NCBI RefSeq assembly: GCF_006345805.1
Contig: NW_021832402.1
Span: forward strand, 1 to 61,251
DNA length: 61,251 nt
Direction of reading: 5' to 3'
Origin: Octopus sinensis
Taxonomy: Eukaryota
In this document: positions 60,233-61,251 of the stretch, piece by piece
Layout: each line of letters opens with the position of its first letter
Position numbering within the stretch: the first letter of the stretch is position 1
Made by a program: the position numbers and the translations under genes
The notes under the pieces: model-generated
Databases searched by the model: none
Told to the model about the DNA's origin: nothing
Seen by the model: only the letters and a program-made list of their open reading frames with translations

Positions 60233-60450
60233 CAATATAGGAATGGCCCTGATAGGCCATTCGACTCACTAGAAAGAGCAGCCAAACTCAAACCGCTAAA
60301 TAATTGTAATTCTGAAATTGGAAGAGAAATAAAAACATTATGTTTTTATTTCTCTTCCAATTTCAGAATTACAACTATTTAGTGGTTTGAGTTGGCTGCT
60401 CTTTCTAGTGAGTCGAATGGCCTATCAGGGCCATTCCTATATTGTTGAAT
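60227..60450. repeat. Near-perfect 224-bp palindrome (foldback/MITE-like)
   Basis: ~112-bp arms centred on 60339, with 2 substitutions and one 1-nt indel. Confidence 0.97.
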
Positions 60451-60534
60451 CTATATTATATAGTCTTTGACTATTTTTCTTTCTCACTAGACCGCTGGTA
60501 GCGGAGAATTTTTTCTAGAATTTTTGCTACCCTG

Positions 60535-60588
<54 letters not shown>

Positions 60589-60708
60589 AAGTGACAATTT
60601 TGAGACTCTCTGAACAGAAAATTAATGTTAGTTTAATAGAAAAATGAAATAAATGAAGACATTCCAAACATGCAAGAAAAATAAAAACCAAGAGAGGTTT
60701 GTGTTGAA

Positions 60709-60934
60709 TTAAGTTTGAGAAAGTACTGGGTTAGTGCCATTTGTAAACAAACTGATTTTCTCTTCTTCAGAAGAACTTGATGTTACAGTTGATGTCATTG
60801 TCTTCAGTTCTTCGCAATTTTCTTCAATTTTGTATTTCTTTTTGTCCTTTGATGATGATGGCTTCAGGAAATGGTCAATAATTAGACATCCTAAAATATG
60901 ACTCAATAGATTGTTGCCAGATCTGAGTCGGTCT
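60709..60934 (-). CDS. Probable terminal coding exon of an unidentified gene (phase 1)
   Basis: Strong acceptor TTTGTTTTTCTCTCAG| opens a 74-codon frame DRLRSGNNLLSHILGCLIIDHFLKP..EEEKISLFTNGTNPVLSQT*; non-repetitive, no TE motif; ATTAAA ~70 nt after the stop. Family not recognised. Confidence 0.62.
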
Positions 60935-61251
60935 CTGAGAGAAAAACAAATACAGAGATGTTAAAACAATAACAAAGTAATAATAATAGTAATGAATTGC
61001 TCATAAAAAGTGCAATTGTTGATACCAAGCCACTTTAAGGGCCCTATCTCAAATAATATCGTCTATAAATATACTATGAAAGCTAGTACTAATACCTTTA
61101 CCTACATAGGCATGTCATCACATGACTTCAAAACGAGATTGAATAATCACCTCTCCTCCTTTAAATACCATAAAGGCTACTAGTATATCTCTGGCCAAGA
61201 AAATGTGGGAATTAAGGGGAAGTAATACTCAATTTGAGAGTGTGGGGGTAT

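Overview
A 61-kb, AT-rich, repeat-saturated stretch of animal genomic DNA. The repeat content (tRNA-headed CORE-type SINEs, abundant RTE tails, kilobase (TA)n tracts) suggests an octopus or other cephalopod; this is inference, not a database result. Host coding sequence is about 0.5 kb. It comprises the last two exons of a fatty acyl-CoA reductase (FAR1-like) gene on + (19822-19949 and 21063-21225, read by eye from splice sites) and a probable terminal exon of an unidentified convergent gene on - (60709-60934). The rest is nested mobile DNA: CR1/L2-group LINEs, RTE LINEs (one young 3.3-kb copy with an 11-bp TSD, plus about nine 3' tails), at least nine Penelope-like element (PLE) remnants, two Tc1 elements, two mariner-type elements, a piggyBac deletion derivative, a Helitron 3' end, a Ty3/Gypsy pol remnant, a possible solo LTR and two SINE families. 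I found no clear new biological system. The best leads are: (i) degenerate minimal hammerhead ribozymes with palindromic stem III in PLE terminal repeats; (ii) a SINE-LINE shared 3' tail whose hairpin shows compensatory changes; (iii) a near-perfect 224-bp palindrome just past a host stop codon; (iv) a PHD-type finger inside RTE ORF2; and (v) a repeated AT-rich unit that keeps an AG-to-stop 66-nt frame. The many Ile/Tyr-rich ORFs in the track are microsatellite artefacts.
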